Shown here: positions 1 to 9,487 of the stretch, piece after piece
Layout of the letters: each line of letters starts with the position of its first letter
Numbering within the stretch: position 1 is the stretch's first letter
NCBI GenBank assembly: GCA_965602015.1
Contig: OZ271918.1
Location: forward strand, 512,001 to 576,000
DNA from: Salinispira sp.
GTDB lineage: Bacteria > Spirochaetota > Spirochaetia > DSM-27196 > Salinispiraceae
Reading direction: 5' to 3'
Length of the DNA stretch: 64,000 bases
Notes under the pieces: model-generated
Databases searched by the model: none
What the model was told of the DNA's origin: nothing
What the model saw: the letters and a program-made list of their open reading frames with translations, nothing else
Made by a program: the position numbers and the translations under genes

Positions 1-529
1 AGCGCTGTTCGGGGGCAGAAAAATACGCTTCCTCAAAGGCGAAATATGCACCATCGATGTCCCCATTGGCAACTGCCGCCAGACCCTCGGAAAAAAGCTG
101 GTCGACGTCGCCGGATGCCCAGCTCAGGTCGCTCTCGTCGGCCCGGTCCGCCCGTACTCCCGCGGTGGCCGTGGAGCTTCTCAGGTTTTCTTCCCGTGCC
201 TGGAGGTTTTGCAGCCGGCGCGAGAGTCCCCCGAGGACTCCCGTCGAGTTACCCTCTGAGGCGGCCGAGTAGAGCCGCCTGAGCAGAAACCTTCCTTCGG
301 AGGACAAGAAAATTCTCGATCCGTTAAACTCAAGCTCCAGCAGGGCACCGCTTTCCAGTTCAACCTGGGAATCAATCGGAAGCCGATCGCCGATATCCAC
401 GCTCCGGGCGCCATTGCTGAGGTATACAAGGACATTTCCGTCGACCCATACGGCGTTCATATTCTGGGCATTGATAGCAAGAGACAGGCAAATCAGAAAC
501 AGGGCTAAAATCACTATTCGACGGTTCAT
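1..529 (-). CDS. Exported protein, possible FecR-like N-terminus followed by a TPR-like helix; runs off the window
   Basis: Not in the ORF track. Manual translation from ATG at 529: MNRRIVILALFLICLSLAINAQNMNAVWVDGNV...STATAGVRADRADESDLSW...LFSEGLAAVANGDIDGAYFAFEEA. Open to position 1, signal-peptide-like start. Confidence 0.7.
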   Translation of the reverse strand, partial: MNRRIVILALFLICLSLAINAQNMNAVWVDGNVLVYLSNGARSVDIGDRLPIDSQVELESGALLELEFNGSRIFLSSEGRFLLRRLYSAASEGNSTGVLGGLSRRLQNLQAREENLRSSTATAGVRADRADESDLSWASGDVDQLFSEGLAAVANGDIDGAYFAFEEAYFSAPEQR

Positions 530-572
530 ACTATAGACCATATACCCGCGGGGACCGATTAACAAGGCGGAA

Positions 573-606
573 CCGGGCGACCGCGGCAAAACCGCGGCCG
601 GCCCGG
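573..606. terminator. GC-rich hairpin downstream of the amylase gene (possible terminator or 3' stabiliser)
   Basis: CCGGGC..CCGCGG-CAAAA-CCGCGG..GCCCGG inverted repeat; no clear U-tract. Confidence 0.4.
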
Positions 607-646
607 AGATAAACTGCCCTGAGCCCGGGGTGTGAAAATCGCACTC

Positions 647-3355
647 TTACTCCAGTCGGATTATCGCCGTATCATCCATTATCAGCGGGTCGAGCTCGAA
701 ATCTCCCCCGCCGAAAATATAGGCGTCGGGGGCAGACTGGAGCAGCCTGTTGGCGCTTTCAAGGCCGTCGTAGTCCCAGGTGGTCACGTAGATTTGAAAA
801 CCCTCCAGGCTCCGGGGATAATCCAGGCCCGATCCCTCTAATGAAAACACAATGGTTCTGCGCTCTTCATCGACGGTGACTCCCAGGGGACTGTTGAGTG
901 CCGTGCCGTAACTGTCGGCCCCGGCTCCCCGGGCGGAATACAGGCTGCTGTGCCATCCACCGGCCATCATCATCACATCCCAGTCAAAGCCCTCAGGGGT
1001 CTGGCTGTTTTGGAAGGGTAGGGCGTTTGCGCCGGTCTTTTCCGGATCGTCAAAATACACGTAGAAATACACATGGTCAAAACCATTTTGGGGATCCCAT
1101 ACCGTGGAAATTTCTCCAGCGGTGGTGATTTCCAGGCGGATATTTGTTCCAGCCCGGTATACCGCCACCCGTTCAATATCCATTTGATTCGTGAAGCTTT
1201 CGTGAAGCGGGTATTCGTATCTGCCCTCGGGGCCGCTGTCGTCCCCCAGTTCGTCCTCCAGCACCTCAGCCAGGAAGTACTCCAGGTCGATTGTAAGGGG
1301 GTAGCGGGGAGAACTCACCAGTGCGCCGGTGGAATCCCGGCCGATAAGCGCCAGATTATGAGCGCCGTTTGCATAGTTTTCCGCGGGAAACAGCACGCTG
1401 AACTCACCGGACCCATCCGCCTCGACCGGAACGGACTGTGCCAAATTGCCGTCGATGACCAGCAGCAGGTCGTCGGAGACCGTACTGCGTCCCCGCAGCA
1501 TAAGATTTCCGGTAACCGTCGGATTGCCGGTGATATTTTCGATGCTGATGACCTCGCTGGCTTCGGTGCCGGCGGCCGCCGGGGCTCCGGGCTTGAGAAC
1601 CAGGGCGGACTTTCCCGGAAGAATAATATCGATCCTTCCCCGGGAATCGCTTACCAGGTTGTCGGCGTCGTTTCTAAGGGCATAGCGCACATCAAGATAA
1701 AACGATCCGCCCAGGCCGGTGTCAAGATCAGTCGCCAGGAAATCGTGGGAGGCGGTGTTTATGATGACGATGCTTTTATCATCGCCCTCTTCGAGGGCGT
1801 AGGCAAGCAGACCGGCTCCGCTGTTGTTCGCCCCCAGAGCCCGATACCGTCCGCGGCGGAATTCCGGGAGCAGGCTGCGCATTTCGCTTAACCCGGCGAT
1901 GTAGCGGTAGGTGGGGCTTTCGCTGTCGAACCAGTCCCGTCCGCCCGAGGCGAAACCGTTTGCAAACATCGCCTGCCGGGTTTCGCTGAACTGCTGTTCG
2001 GTGCCGTAATAGACAATGGGGATTCCCGGGGCCGTGAAAAGGTACAGCAGGGCGAGCTCCATATCCTGTACGTTCGCAATGGACATAAAGCGGTCCATAT
2101 CGTGATTATCGATGAAGGTGTAGAGGTAATTGGGGTCGCCGTAGTGCTCATAGGCCTTTTCCATGCGGTAGTGAAGGCGGTCCGTATTGCCCCCGCCGGC
2201 GAACACAGCGCGGATTTCCGTGTTGAGGGTGAAATTCAGCATGGAAACCAGGGCGGGATCATCTTCGCTTCCCATGTACGCGGCAATCTGCCGGTCGGCC
2301 TCGTCATCGTATGCCGCGGTTCCGATCCACGCCTCTCCGAAGGTGACAAAGCCGTCTTTGCCTAACGAGCGGGCAAGGGGAATGATTCCCGGAGCATCAT
2401 TATCATCCGAATAGTGGAAATCGGTGAAGAAATCCAGAGGAATATATTTCACCGTATCGATGCGGAAGCCGTCTACCCCGACCTTTTCTATCCAGTACCC
2501 GTAGCTCTCCCTCAGAGCCCGGCGAACCATCGGGTTCTCCGTGTTGATATCATCGAGATCGGACAGTTGATAGTTGAGAAGCTGGCTTTCCACATTGTAG
2601 TTTGAAATCGGGCCGGTCCAATGGTAGGCGTCGATTTCAACGGCTTCGGGATCCCGCGGGTCATTCATGTTGAAGGGAAACTGACGAGGCGCATAGCGGG
2701 GAACATAATTCTCGTTCGGCACATAGTTGCGTTCCGGCCGGGCCTGGCTGGAAAGACCGCTGTAGGTGAAAAAGTTGCCTGTATGGTTCGGCACGATGTC
2801 CTGAATGAGGTACATGCCGTTGCGGTGGAGGCTGGCGGACAGGAGCTGATAGTCCCGGAGGCTTCCCTTGTGGGCATCGACTTTCATAAAGTGCTCGCCC
2901 CAATATCCGTGATACCCCCCGTAATTCACCATGTAGTCGTACCACTGATTGGCTACCGGCGGGGTAATCCACACCGCGCTGGCCCCCAGGCCCTTGATGT
3001 AGTCGATATTATCGGTAATGCCCTGAAGGTCTCCACCGGAGTAATGGCTGTTTCTTCCCGGATCGTATTCTCCCGCGCCCTGATCCGAGTTGCGGGGATT
3101 GCCGTCGTCGAAACGGTCAGTCATTATGAAATACACAACCTGATCGCGCCAGTCCGGACTGGGAACATGGAGATAGTCGTCGATTTCATCCCGGGCGACG
3201 GTTTTTACCGGAACTACCTGAGCTCGTTCCTCACGACTGATCCACCCGGGCCGTTGATCCGGACTGTCGGGACCCGTTGTGCAGGAAGCAAGCATTATGA
3301 GGGCAAGCATCCAAAACATGCCTCTTTTCATTCGCCGATTCATCATAGTTTTCAT
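647..3355 (-). CDS. GH13 alpha-amylase family lipoprotein with a C-terminal glucodextranase/DOMON-like domain
   Basis: Lipobox LASC; GH13 motifs DIVPNH, GFRIDTVKY, FGEAW, FIDNHD; C-terminal DDSGPEGRYEYP...WDPQNGFDH region; start at ATG 3355 after GGGAGA. Confidence 0.9.
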   Translation of the reverse strand: MKTMMNRRMKRGMFWMLALIMLASCTTGPDSPDQRPGWISREERAQVVPVKTVARDEIDDYLHVPSPDWRDQVVYFIMTDRFDDGNPRNSDQGAGEYDPGRNSHYSGGDLQGITDNIDYIKGLGASAVWITPPVANQWYDYMVNYGGYHGYWGEHFMKVDAHKGSLRDYQLLSASLHRNGMYLIQDIVPNHTGNFFTYSGLSSQARPERNYVPNENYVPRYAPRQFPFNMNDPRDPEAVEIDAYHWTGPISNYNVESQLLNYQLSDLDDINTENPMVRRALRESYGYWIEKVGVDGFRIDTVKYIPLDFFTDFHYSDDNDAPGIIPLARSLGKDGFVTFGEAWIGTAAYDDEADRQIAAYMGSEDDPALVSMLNFTLNTEIRAVFAGGGNTDRLHYRMEKAYEHYGDPNYLYTFIDNHDMDRFMSIANVQDMELALLYLFTAPGIPIVYYGTEQQFSETRQAMFANGFASGGRDWFDSESPTYRYIAGLSEMRSLLPEFRRGRYRALGANNSGAGLLAYALEEGDDKSIVIINTASHDFLATDLDTGLGGSFYLDVRYALRNDADNLVSDSRGRIDIILPGKSALVLKPGAPAAAGTEASEVISIENITGNPTVTGNLMLRGRSTVSDDLLLVIDGNLAQSVPVEADGSGEFSVLFPAENYANGAHNLALIGRDSTGALVSSPRYPLTIDLEYFLAEVLEDELGDDSGPEGRYEYPLHESFTNQMDIERVAVYRAGTNIRLEITTAGEISTVWDPQNGFDHVYFYVYFDDPEKTGANALPFQNSQTPEGFDWDVMMMAGGWHSSLYSARGAGADSYGTALNSPLGVTVDEERRTIVFSLEGSGLDYPRSLEGFQIYVTTWDYDGLESANRLLQSAPDAYIFGGGDFELDPLIMDDTAIIRLE

Positions 3356-3527
3356 TAAGTTCTCCCGATTGCCCGCTGGCAGTATCCCGGTTTTAAACCC
3401 AGACACTGACTAAGACAGTAGGTGGTGCCCTTCGTTTTTGTCAAGAAAATTCCAATGAGTATAGTGCTTCAATAAAAAAGCCCTCCTGCCATGGCGGGAT
3501 CGGGGCCCGCCGATGTAGTATGGAAAC

Positions 3528-5153
3528 ATGAAATTCGACAGACTATACAATCCCTATCCGTCAATCCGGAACCCTATCGTCGCCTCCAATGGTATGGTTG
3601 CCACCAGTCATCCCGCGGCGGCAGACATCGGGCTCGATGTGCTAAAGGCCGGCGGGAACGCCGTGGATGCAGCCATAGCCGCAGCAGCTTCCCTTGCGGT
3701 GCTCGAACCGACCTCCAACGGTCTCGGCGGCGACTGTTTTGCCATCATCCATGACGGAAAGTCTCTATACGGTTTGAACGCCAGCGGGTGGAGCCCTTCT
3801 GGCCTCAGCGCAGAAAGCCTGGCATCAGCCGGCAAGAGCGCTATTTCGCCCTTCGGATGGGATGCGGTAACCGTACCCGGGGCCATGTCCGGCTGGCATG
3901 AGCTGGGCAGGCGTTTTGGCAGCCGCAAACCCGCAGAGCTCCTGTCCGGGCTCATCGACCGTTTTGAGAAGGGGCTTCCTGTGCCTCCCACGGTGGCGGC
4001 CAACTGGAAACGGGCGCATCAGACATACAAACGGGTACTATCCGACGGAGACGGAGCGATTCCCGGACATTTTCGACATTGGTTTGAACATTTTGCCCCC
4101 GGCGGGTCCACTCCCGCGGCCGGTGATGTATGGACCAGCGGCGATCAGATCAAAACCCTCAAAATTCTGGCGGATGAAGGTTTCGAAAGCCTCTACCGGG
4201 GCAGCCTGGCACAAAGGCTGGTGGAGTTTTCGAAAAACACCGGCGGATACCTGACAACTGAAGATGTGGCAGAGTACCGAGCCCGCTGGGTCGAACCTAT
4301 ATCGATGGAGTACCGGGGACATGAGATTTGGGAAATCCCCCCAAACGGTCAGGGAATTACCGCTCTCATGGCCCTGGGCATTCTCGGCGGGGACTCATTG
4401 AAGGCCCCCGGCAGCCCCGATGACACACACCGGGGAATCGAGGCAATCAAGCTCGCATTCGCCGACAGCATGACCTATGTTTCGGATCCCCGGGAAATGA
4501 GCCGAAGCTCCGCCGACCTTCTCAACCGGGACTACCTGGAATCAAGGAGGGCCCTCATCGGTGAGCACGCCCTTGAGCCGGCCCCGGGAATACCGCCGAA
4601 GGGCGGGACGGTGTATCTGGCCACCGCCGATAAAAACGGAATGATGGTCAGTTTTATACAGAGTAATTACATGGGCTTTGGCAGCGGTTTAGTAATACCC
4701 GGTACGGGAATATCGCTTCAGAACCGGGGACACAACTTCACTCTGGAGGAGGGGCATGAAAACCGCCTGGAGGGGAGAAAGTATCCGTTCCACACCATCA
4801 TTCCGGGGTTTATCACCCGGGGGAACAAGGCTGTCGGGCCATTCGGGGTAATGGGGGGATTTATGCAGCCCCAGGGGCATCTTCAAGTCATTCAGAACAT
4901 GCTCGACTATGGTCTGAATCCCCAGGCAGCCCTCGACGCCCCCCGCTGGCAATGGATGAAAAACCGCCAGGTCATGCTCGAACCGGATTTTCATCCGTCC
5001 CTTGCCTCAGAGCTGGGCCGAAGGGGACATGAAGTGAGCATCGAAGGCAATTACGGACATTTCGGGCGTGGACAGATAATCCTCCGGGGAGAAAACGGCG
5101 TGTATACCGCCGGAACCGAAAAACGCTGCGACGGCTATATCGCCGCCTATTGA
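3528..5153 (+). CDS. ggt: Gamma-glutamyltransferase family protein (cytoplasmic, YwrD-like)
   Basis: GGNAVDAAIA, NGLGGD, catalytic-Thr motif TVYLATAD...SFIQS, GVMGG; no signal peptide. Confidence 0.9.
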   Translation: MKFDRLYNPYPSIRNPIVASNGMVATSHPAAADIGLDVLKAGGNAVDAAIAAAASLAVLEPTSNGLGGDCFAIIHDGKSLYGLNASGWSPSGLSAESLASAGKSAISPFGWDAVTVPGAMSGWHELGRRFGSRKPAELLSGLIDRFEKGLPVPPTVAANWKRAHQTYKRVLSDGDGAIPGHFRHWFEHFAPGGSTPAAGDVWTSGDQIKTLKILADEGFESLYRGSLAQRLVEFSKNTGGYLTTEDVAEYRARWVEPISMEYRGHEIWEIPPNGQGITALMALGILGGDSLKAPGSPDDTHRGIEAIKLAFADSMTYVSDPREMSRSSADLLNRDYLESRRALIGEHALEPAPGIPPKGGTVYLATADKNGMMVSFIQSNYMGFGSGLVIPGTGISLQNRGHNFTLEEGHENRLEGRKYPFHTIIPGFITRGNKAVGPFGVMGGFMQPQGHLQVIQNMLDYGLNPQAALDAPRWQWMKNRQVMLEPDFHPSLASELGRRGHEVSIEGNYGHFGRGQIILRGENGVYTAGTEKRCDGYIAAY

Positions 5154-5181
5154 GGGGCGATGAGGGGCGGTGGCCCCCCCC

Positions 5182-6162
5182 CTATCGATAATCCTCCCGG
5201 AAAATGCTCATGTACAGTTCCGGCCGGTAGGCCTTGAGGACCAGGAGTGCCCGGTAACTGTTCATGGGGCTCGGCCCCCCGGGTTTTTCCATGTCGAAGA
5301 AGACCCGTCCCGAGTGTTTTCCCTGATTCGGCCACAATCCGTCGCTGCGCTGTTTTCCGATGAGGATGTCGAGGGCCTCCTCCATGCGGCTGTCATAGGG
5401 CAGGCCGATCCGCGCCATAAACACCAGTCCGCGCAGAATGTCGTATTTCCAGCGATTGGGAAAGGACAGCAGGGTGAGGCGCTTGTCAAAAATCTCTCCG
5501 TCGTGCTCCGAGCGAAACAGCCGCTTGCGCAGAAGAAACTCCGCCCCGCCCAGAATGGCCCGGTCAATTTCTTCTCTCCTATATGGAGCGCCCATGCGGC
5601 GGTACTCATCCAGGCCCTCGATGACGCTGATGGTACTGTGGACCGAGCCTTTTGTGCTTCCCCGGTACATATCGCAGTTAAAGCCGCCGTTGGGCATGAC
5701 CGATTCCAGTAAATAATCGATGATTTGCCTGCCGGTATTGCCGTTCCGTCCTCCGTAGCTGTACAGCCCCAGGAGCATACCGCTTATGCACACATCCTGA
5801 CGGGAGTACCGGTCCTTTGCGTTGAGGTCCCGGCTTCCGAGCTTAAGTCCCTCTTCGCCCCACACGTGCTCCACCAGGCCGTCCAAGGCTTTGGCGAATA
5901 TCGCGTTGTCGCCGGGGACCGCCAGGTCCTTTAATGTCATAAGGGTGTAATGGGTGCTGATCCATTTCGGGCCGTACCAACCGCCTCCCCAGGTGCCGCT
6001 TGCGTTGTCGAATTCCTCAAGAAAGCGCTTTCCCCAGCCTTCCATTCCCAGCCGCCGTCGGATCGCCCGGATGCGCACTTCAGGGGTGTTGCCCAACAGA
6101 TCCCGGTAGCTCAGGTACTGGACGGAAATATCGCTTTCAATCAAGTGGTCAATAATCAGCAT
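5182..6162 (-). CDS. Prenyltransferase/squalene-cyclase-repeat (alpha/alpha barrel) family protein
   Basis: QW-like repeats (NASGTW, MPNGGF, QRSDGLW), YGPKWISTHYTL; start at ATG 6162 after GAGGA. Confidence 0.65.
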   Translation of the reverse strand: MLIIDHLIESDISVQYLSYRDLLGNTPEVRIRAIRRRLGMEGWGKRFLEEFDNASGTWGGGWYGPKWISTHYTLMTLKDLAVPGDNAIFAKALDGLVEHVWGEEGLKLGSRDLNAKDRYSRQDVCISGMLLGLYSYGGRNGNTGRQIIDYLLESVMPNGGFNCDMYRGSTKGSVHSTISVIEGLDEYRRMGAPYRREEIDRAILGGAEFLLRKRLFRSEHDGEIFDKRLTLLSFPNRWKYDILRGLVFMARIGLPYDSRMEEALDILIGKQRSDGLWPNQGKHSGRVFFDMEKPGGPSPMNSYRALLVLKAYRPELYMSIFREDYR

Positions 6163-6264
6163 GCTTTGGTATCCTCGAAGCATTGTACCCGCAGATTGCC
6201 CGCTGGGGAACCGGAAGAAAATAGCCTGTCGTCTCCGGGGCTTCCGGGATACAATGGTGCCACT

Positions 6265-7473
6265 ATGGATGAAATACCCGCCTACAGCAAAATTCCCCCC
6301 ATCACGCAGTTCGCCGATATTTTTAATCACGAATTCTATTATCTGCCTCCGGAGAGCTGGCATTTTGTGATGACCGATGTGGTCAACTCCACCGGCGCCA
6401 TCGAGGAGGGCAGGTACAAGGAAGTGAATACCGCCGGCAGTCTCGGCGCCATGGCCATCTCCAATATCCTGGGTGATATGCAGTTCCCCTTCGTGTTCGG
6501 CGGCGACGGCATGACCTACCTTATTCCCGGTCAACTGCTGGACCGGGTGGTGGAAGTGCTCATCGATACCCGGGACATGGTGCAAAAGGTTTTTGATCTC
6601 AAGCTCAGGGTCGGAGTTATCCCGCTGCGCGAGCTGATACGACAAAATGCCCAGATCCGGGTGGCCCGATTCGCCGTCTCTCCCCGCTACACCCAGGCCA
6701 TCATAGGCGGCTCCGGGGCCGATCTGGCGGAAACCCTGATTAAGGACCCGTCCCCCGCTAACCCCTGGATAGTTCCCGAAGACGCGCCAGTGCCCGGCGT
6801 CGCGGATTTCTCCGGATTTACCTGCCGCTGGCAGGACATACCCAGCCGAAACGGTGAAACCATCTCTTTCATCGTCCGGGCCCGGGGAGCCTCAGCGGAG
6901 CGCCGCAGCGAAATTCTGAAATCAGTGCTCCGGGACGTGGGCGAGCAGTTCGGGACCGAAGAACGCTACCATCCCTTGAGTCTCGAGGGACAGCGTCAGA
7001 GCCGGAGCCAGTTCCGTTCCGAAGCCCGGGTGCTGAGCGGCAGGCGCCGGGGAGCTTTGTATGCCTTTCGTTTTATCGCAATAAGTCTCGAAACCACTGC
7101 CCTAAAAATAATCGAGAAGCTTCGAATACCCCTGCATCGCCGAGGCAAATATTTCCGCGATGTGAAAATGGACAACATTATTAACTCCGATTTCCGCAAA
7201 TTCGACGGCACCTTGAAAATGGTGCTCTCGTGCAGCACCGGGGAACGGAAAAAATTCCAGCGTGTCCTGGAACGCAGGCGGGCGGCCGGGGAACTGTACT
7301 ACGGCATTCACGTGAGCGACCGGGCCCTGTTGACCTGCCTCATTCAGTTTTCCAGCGGCGAAGAGGTCCATTTCGTCGACGCCGCCGACGGCGGCTACGC
7401 CGCTGCCGCGCTCATGATAAAATCCCAAATAGCCGAGGATGGAGAAGCTTCTCCAAGCGGCGGCAGGTCCTGA
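6265..7473 (+). CDS. DUF3095 family protein
   Basis: TDVVNSTGAIEEGRYKEVN, FPFVFGGDG, GFTCRW, DFRKFDGTLKMV, HFVDAADGGYA; ATG 6265 downstream of TACAAT. Confidence 0.8.
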   Translation: MDEIPAYSKIPPITQFADIFNHEFYYLPPESWHFVMTDVVNSTGAIEEGRYKEVNTAGSLGAMAISNILGDMQFPFVFGGDGMTYLIPGQLLDRVVEVLIDTRDMVQKVFDLKLRVGVIPLRELIRQNAQIRVARFAVSPRYTQAIIGGSGADLAETLIKDPSPANPWIVPEDAPVPGVADFSGFTCRWQDIPSRNGETISFIVRARGASAERRSEILKSVLRDVGEQFGTEERYHPLSLEGQRQSRSQFRSEARVLSGRRRGALYAFRFIAISLETTALKIIEKLRIPLHRRGKYFRDVKMDNIINSDFRKFDGTLKMVLSCSTGERKKFQRVLERRRAAGELYYGIHVSDRALLTCLIQFSSGEEVHFVDAADGGYAAAALMIKSQIAEDGEASPSGGRS

Positions 7474-7563
7474 GCGATTCTATTTTTTCCGGAGCACAGC
7501 TGCGGTTCGGGCATTTGATTTTGCACTGCCCGATAATTTACCATTATAGGTAACGAGGTGAAG

Positions 7564-9453
7564 ATGGACGTATCTGCGGTAAAAAAGACGGTGATTATGT
7601 GGCTGGTCGCCGCGTTTATGGTGCCTCCGGTGGTATGGCTTGCGGCGGGTACGTATATAGACATCTGGAATGCCCAGGAGCTCGTGCGCATTATGCTCTC
7701 TCCGTTTATTTGGATATACATTCTTGTCTATGTCGGCCTAACGGTTTTTGCGGTAAACCGTCAGCTGACCAGGCTGACCGGGTACCTTCGGCGCGCTCAC
7801 GAACTAGATGATGATGAGCTTCACAACGCCATCGGACTGGTAAACCGGATTCCCCGGCTGTTCCTCATACTCATGAGCGTCTACTGCCTTGTGGGACCAA
7901 GTGTTGCGTTGCTCGGCCAGACCATCGGCGAACCCTTCCTCGACGGCTTTGAGTACCTATTAGCCAATCTCCTCGGCGTGCCCCTCATCCTGCTGTTCAC
8001 CATCCCGTTTTTTATTCAGTTCATTAAGAGCCTGGAGCGGTTCACGTCCCCGTTGAATGTCAGCGGGACCAAACGCTTCCTTGGTTTGCGGGCAAAGCTG
8101 ATTATCAGTTTTCTCCTAAATATCATCGGGGGGATTTTTACCCTGGTAATCACCGGCCTGACCATTCTCTACAAGACCGATCCGACGCTGGTGCTGCAGG
8201 TATTCAGCGTGAAGCTCCTGGTCGTCGGTTCGGTTGTGCTCATAATTTCCGCCGTCAACCTGGCCCTGACCGAAGGACAAATTACCCGCCCGGTACAGAA
8301 GCTCACTCTCGCCCTCAGCGAAGTTTTTACTGCGTTTTCAACCGGCAGGGGTTCGCTAAAAACCGAGATTGATATTATAAGCCGGGACGAATTGGGGTAC
8401 ATTTCCCGTCGATTCGGCAGATTTATGCACTCCCTGAGAATAATAATTGCTCAGATTCAGGATTTGGCGGTTGAAAGCAATGCAAAAAACCAGGAGCTGC
8501 TGGGTCTCAGCGCCCATGCCCGGGAAGCGGTGGAGCACGCCGAAGACTCCAGCAAATCGATAATGACCCTCATGGTAAACATCCAGGAGAACGGCCGTCG
8601 ATACCGGGAGTACTCCCGGGAAGTTCAGCGCTTTATACGCGACACCGCAGAAAAGATCGAAGCCCAAAGCGGGGCCACCGGCGATATATCAGAGGAAAAC
8701 CGGGGCATAGCAGAGGAACTCAAAAGGGAAATGGGTGAATCCCGGAACCGCCTGGAGTACGTGCAAAAGGCGGAAGAAGCCTCCGATGAAGCCCAGCGAT
8801 CCATTCAGAGCTCGGTGAAGCAAATGATTAGTATTCAGCAGAGCTCACGACGGATTCTTGAAATTCTCAATGTTATTAACGACATCGCCGAACGGACCAA
8901 TCTCCTGGCCATGAATGCCGCCATCGAAGCCGCCCATGCGGGAGATTCCGGGCGGGGCTTCGCGGTGGTGGCCGGTGAAATCCGCGGCCTTGCGGAGATG
9001 ACCGGCGAGAATTCCCAGAACATCGACAGCTCCATCAAATCCATCGTCGAAGAAATTGATCAGACCGAGCAACAGGCGCGCCGTACCTCGGCGAAAATGG
9101 AGGAAAGCTTCACGGATTTGCATCAGTTGACCGGAGGCCTACAGCAAACAATATCGGTGATTAGCGAGCTGGGAGCCAAGTCGGAGGTAATGACCGGTCA
9201 CCTGACTGACCTGGTCGAAGACTCCCGGGGCATCAGCGATTCGGCGAAAATATCCAACGAACGGATTACCAGCGTACGGGACGGGCTCGAGGATCTGGTA
9301 GGGTCCCTGGACAAGGCCCAGGATGCGGTAGACCAGGTGTACCGGGCAATTATGGAGCAGCGGGAGCTGTTTGCCCGCACCGAAGAATCCATAAAAGCCG
9401 GAAGCGCGGGCATCAGAAAGCTGTACGAAACCGTCAAAGGATTCGAGACCTGA
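7564..9453 (+). CDS. Methyl-accepting chemotaxis protein (multi-TM sensor, HAMP)
   Basis: Several N-terminal TM helices, HAMP (SRDELGYI), signalling core [34 protein letters not shown]. Confidence 0.9.
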   Translation: MDVSAVKKTVIMWLVAAFMVPPVVWLAAGTYIDIWNAQELVRIMLSPFIWIYILVYVGLTVFAVNRQLTRLTGYLRRAHELDDDELHNAIGLVNRIPRLFLILMSVYCLVGPSVALLGQTIGEPFLDGFEYLLANLLGVPLILLFTIPFFIQFIKSLERFTSPLNVSGTKRFLGLRAKLIISFLLNIIGGIFTLVITGLTILYKTDPTLVLQVFSVKLLVVGSVVLIISAVNLALTEGQITRPVQKLTLALSEVFTAFSTGRGSLKTEIDIISRDELGYISRRFGRFMHSLRIIIAQIQDLAVESNAKNQELLGLSAHAREAVEHAEDSSKSIMTLMVNIQENGRRYREYSREVQRFIRDTAEKIEAQSGATGDISEENRGIAEELKREMGESRNRLEYVQKAEEASDEAQRSIQSSVKQMISIQQSSRRILEILNVINDIAERTNLLAMNAAIEAAHAGDSGRGFAVVAGEIRGLAEMTGENSQNIDSSIKSIVEEIDQTEQQARRTSAKMEESFTDLHQLTGGLQQTISVISELGAKSEVMTGHLTDLVEDSRGISDSAKISNERITSVRDGLEDLVGSLDKAQDAVDQVYRAIMEQRELFARTEESIKAGSAGIRKLYETVKGFET

Positions 9454-9487
9454 TGAACCTCCGCCCCATGACTGTATCGGATTGCCT

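Noticed and set aside
1073..3358. Long antisense ORFs (1073-1891, 2621-3358; likewise 30026-31117, 42819-43751, 48770-49627)
   Set aside because: Shadows of well-supported genes on the other strand, expected from codon bias; no motifs
5151..5182. TGAGGGGCG duplication and C-run between convergent genes
   Set aside because: Too short to call a target-site duplication or phase-variable tract; intergenic, probably a small hairpin
5182..7473. Long overlapping versions of ORFs 5182-6645(-) and 5950-7473(+)
   Set aside because: The extensions are antisense to each other's coding regions; starts at 6162 and 6265 give a clean divergent pair
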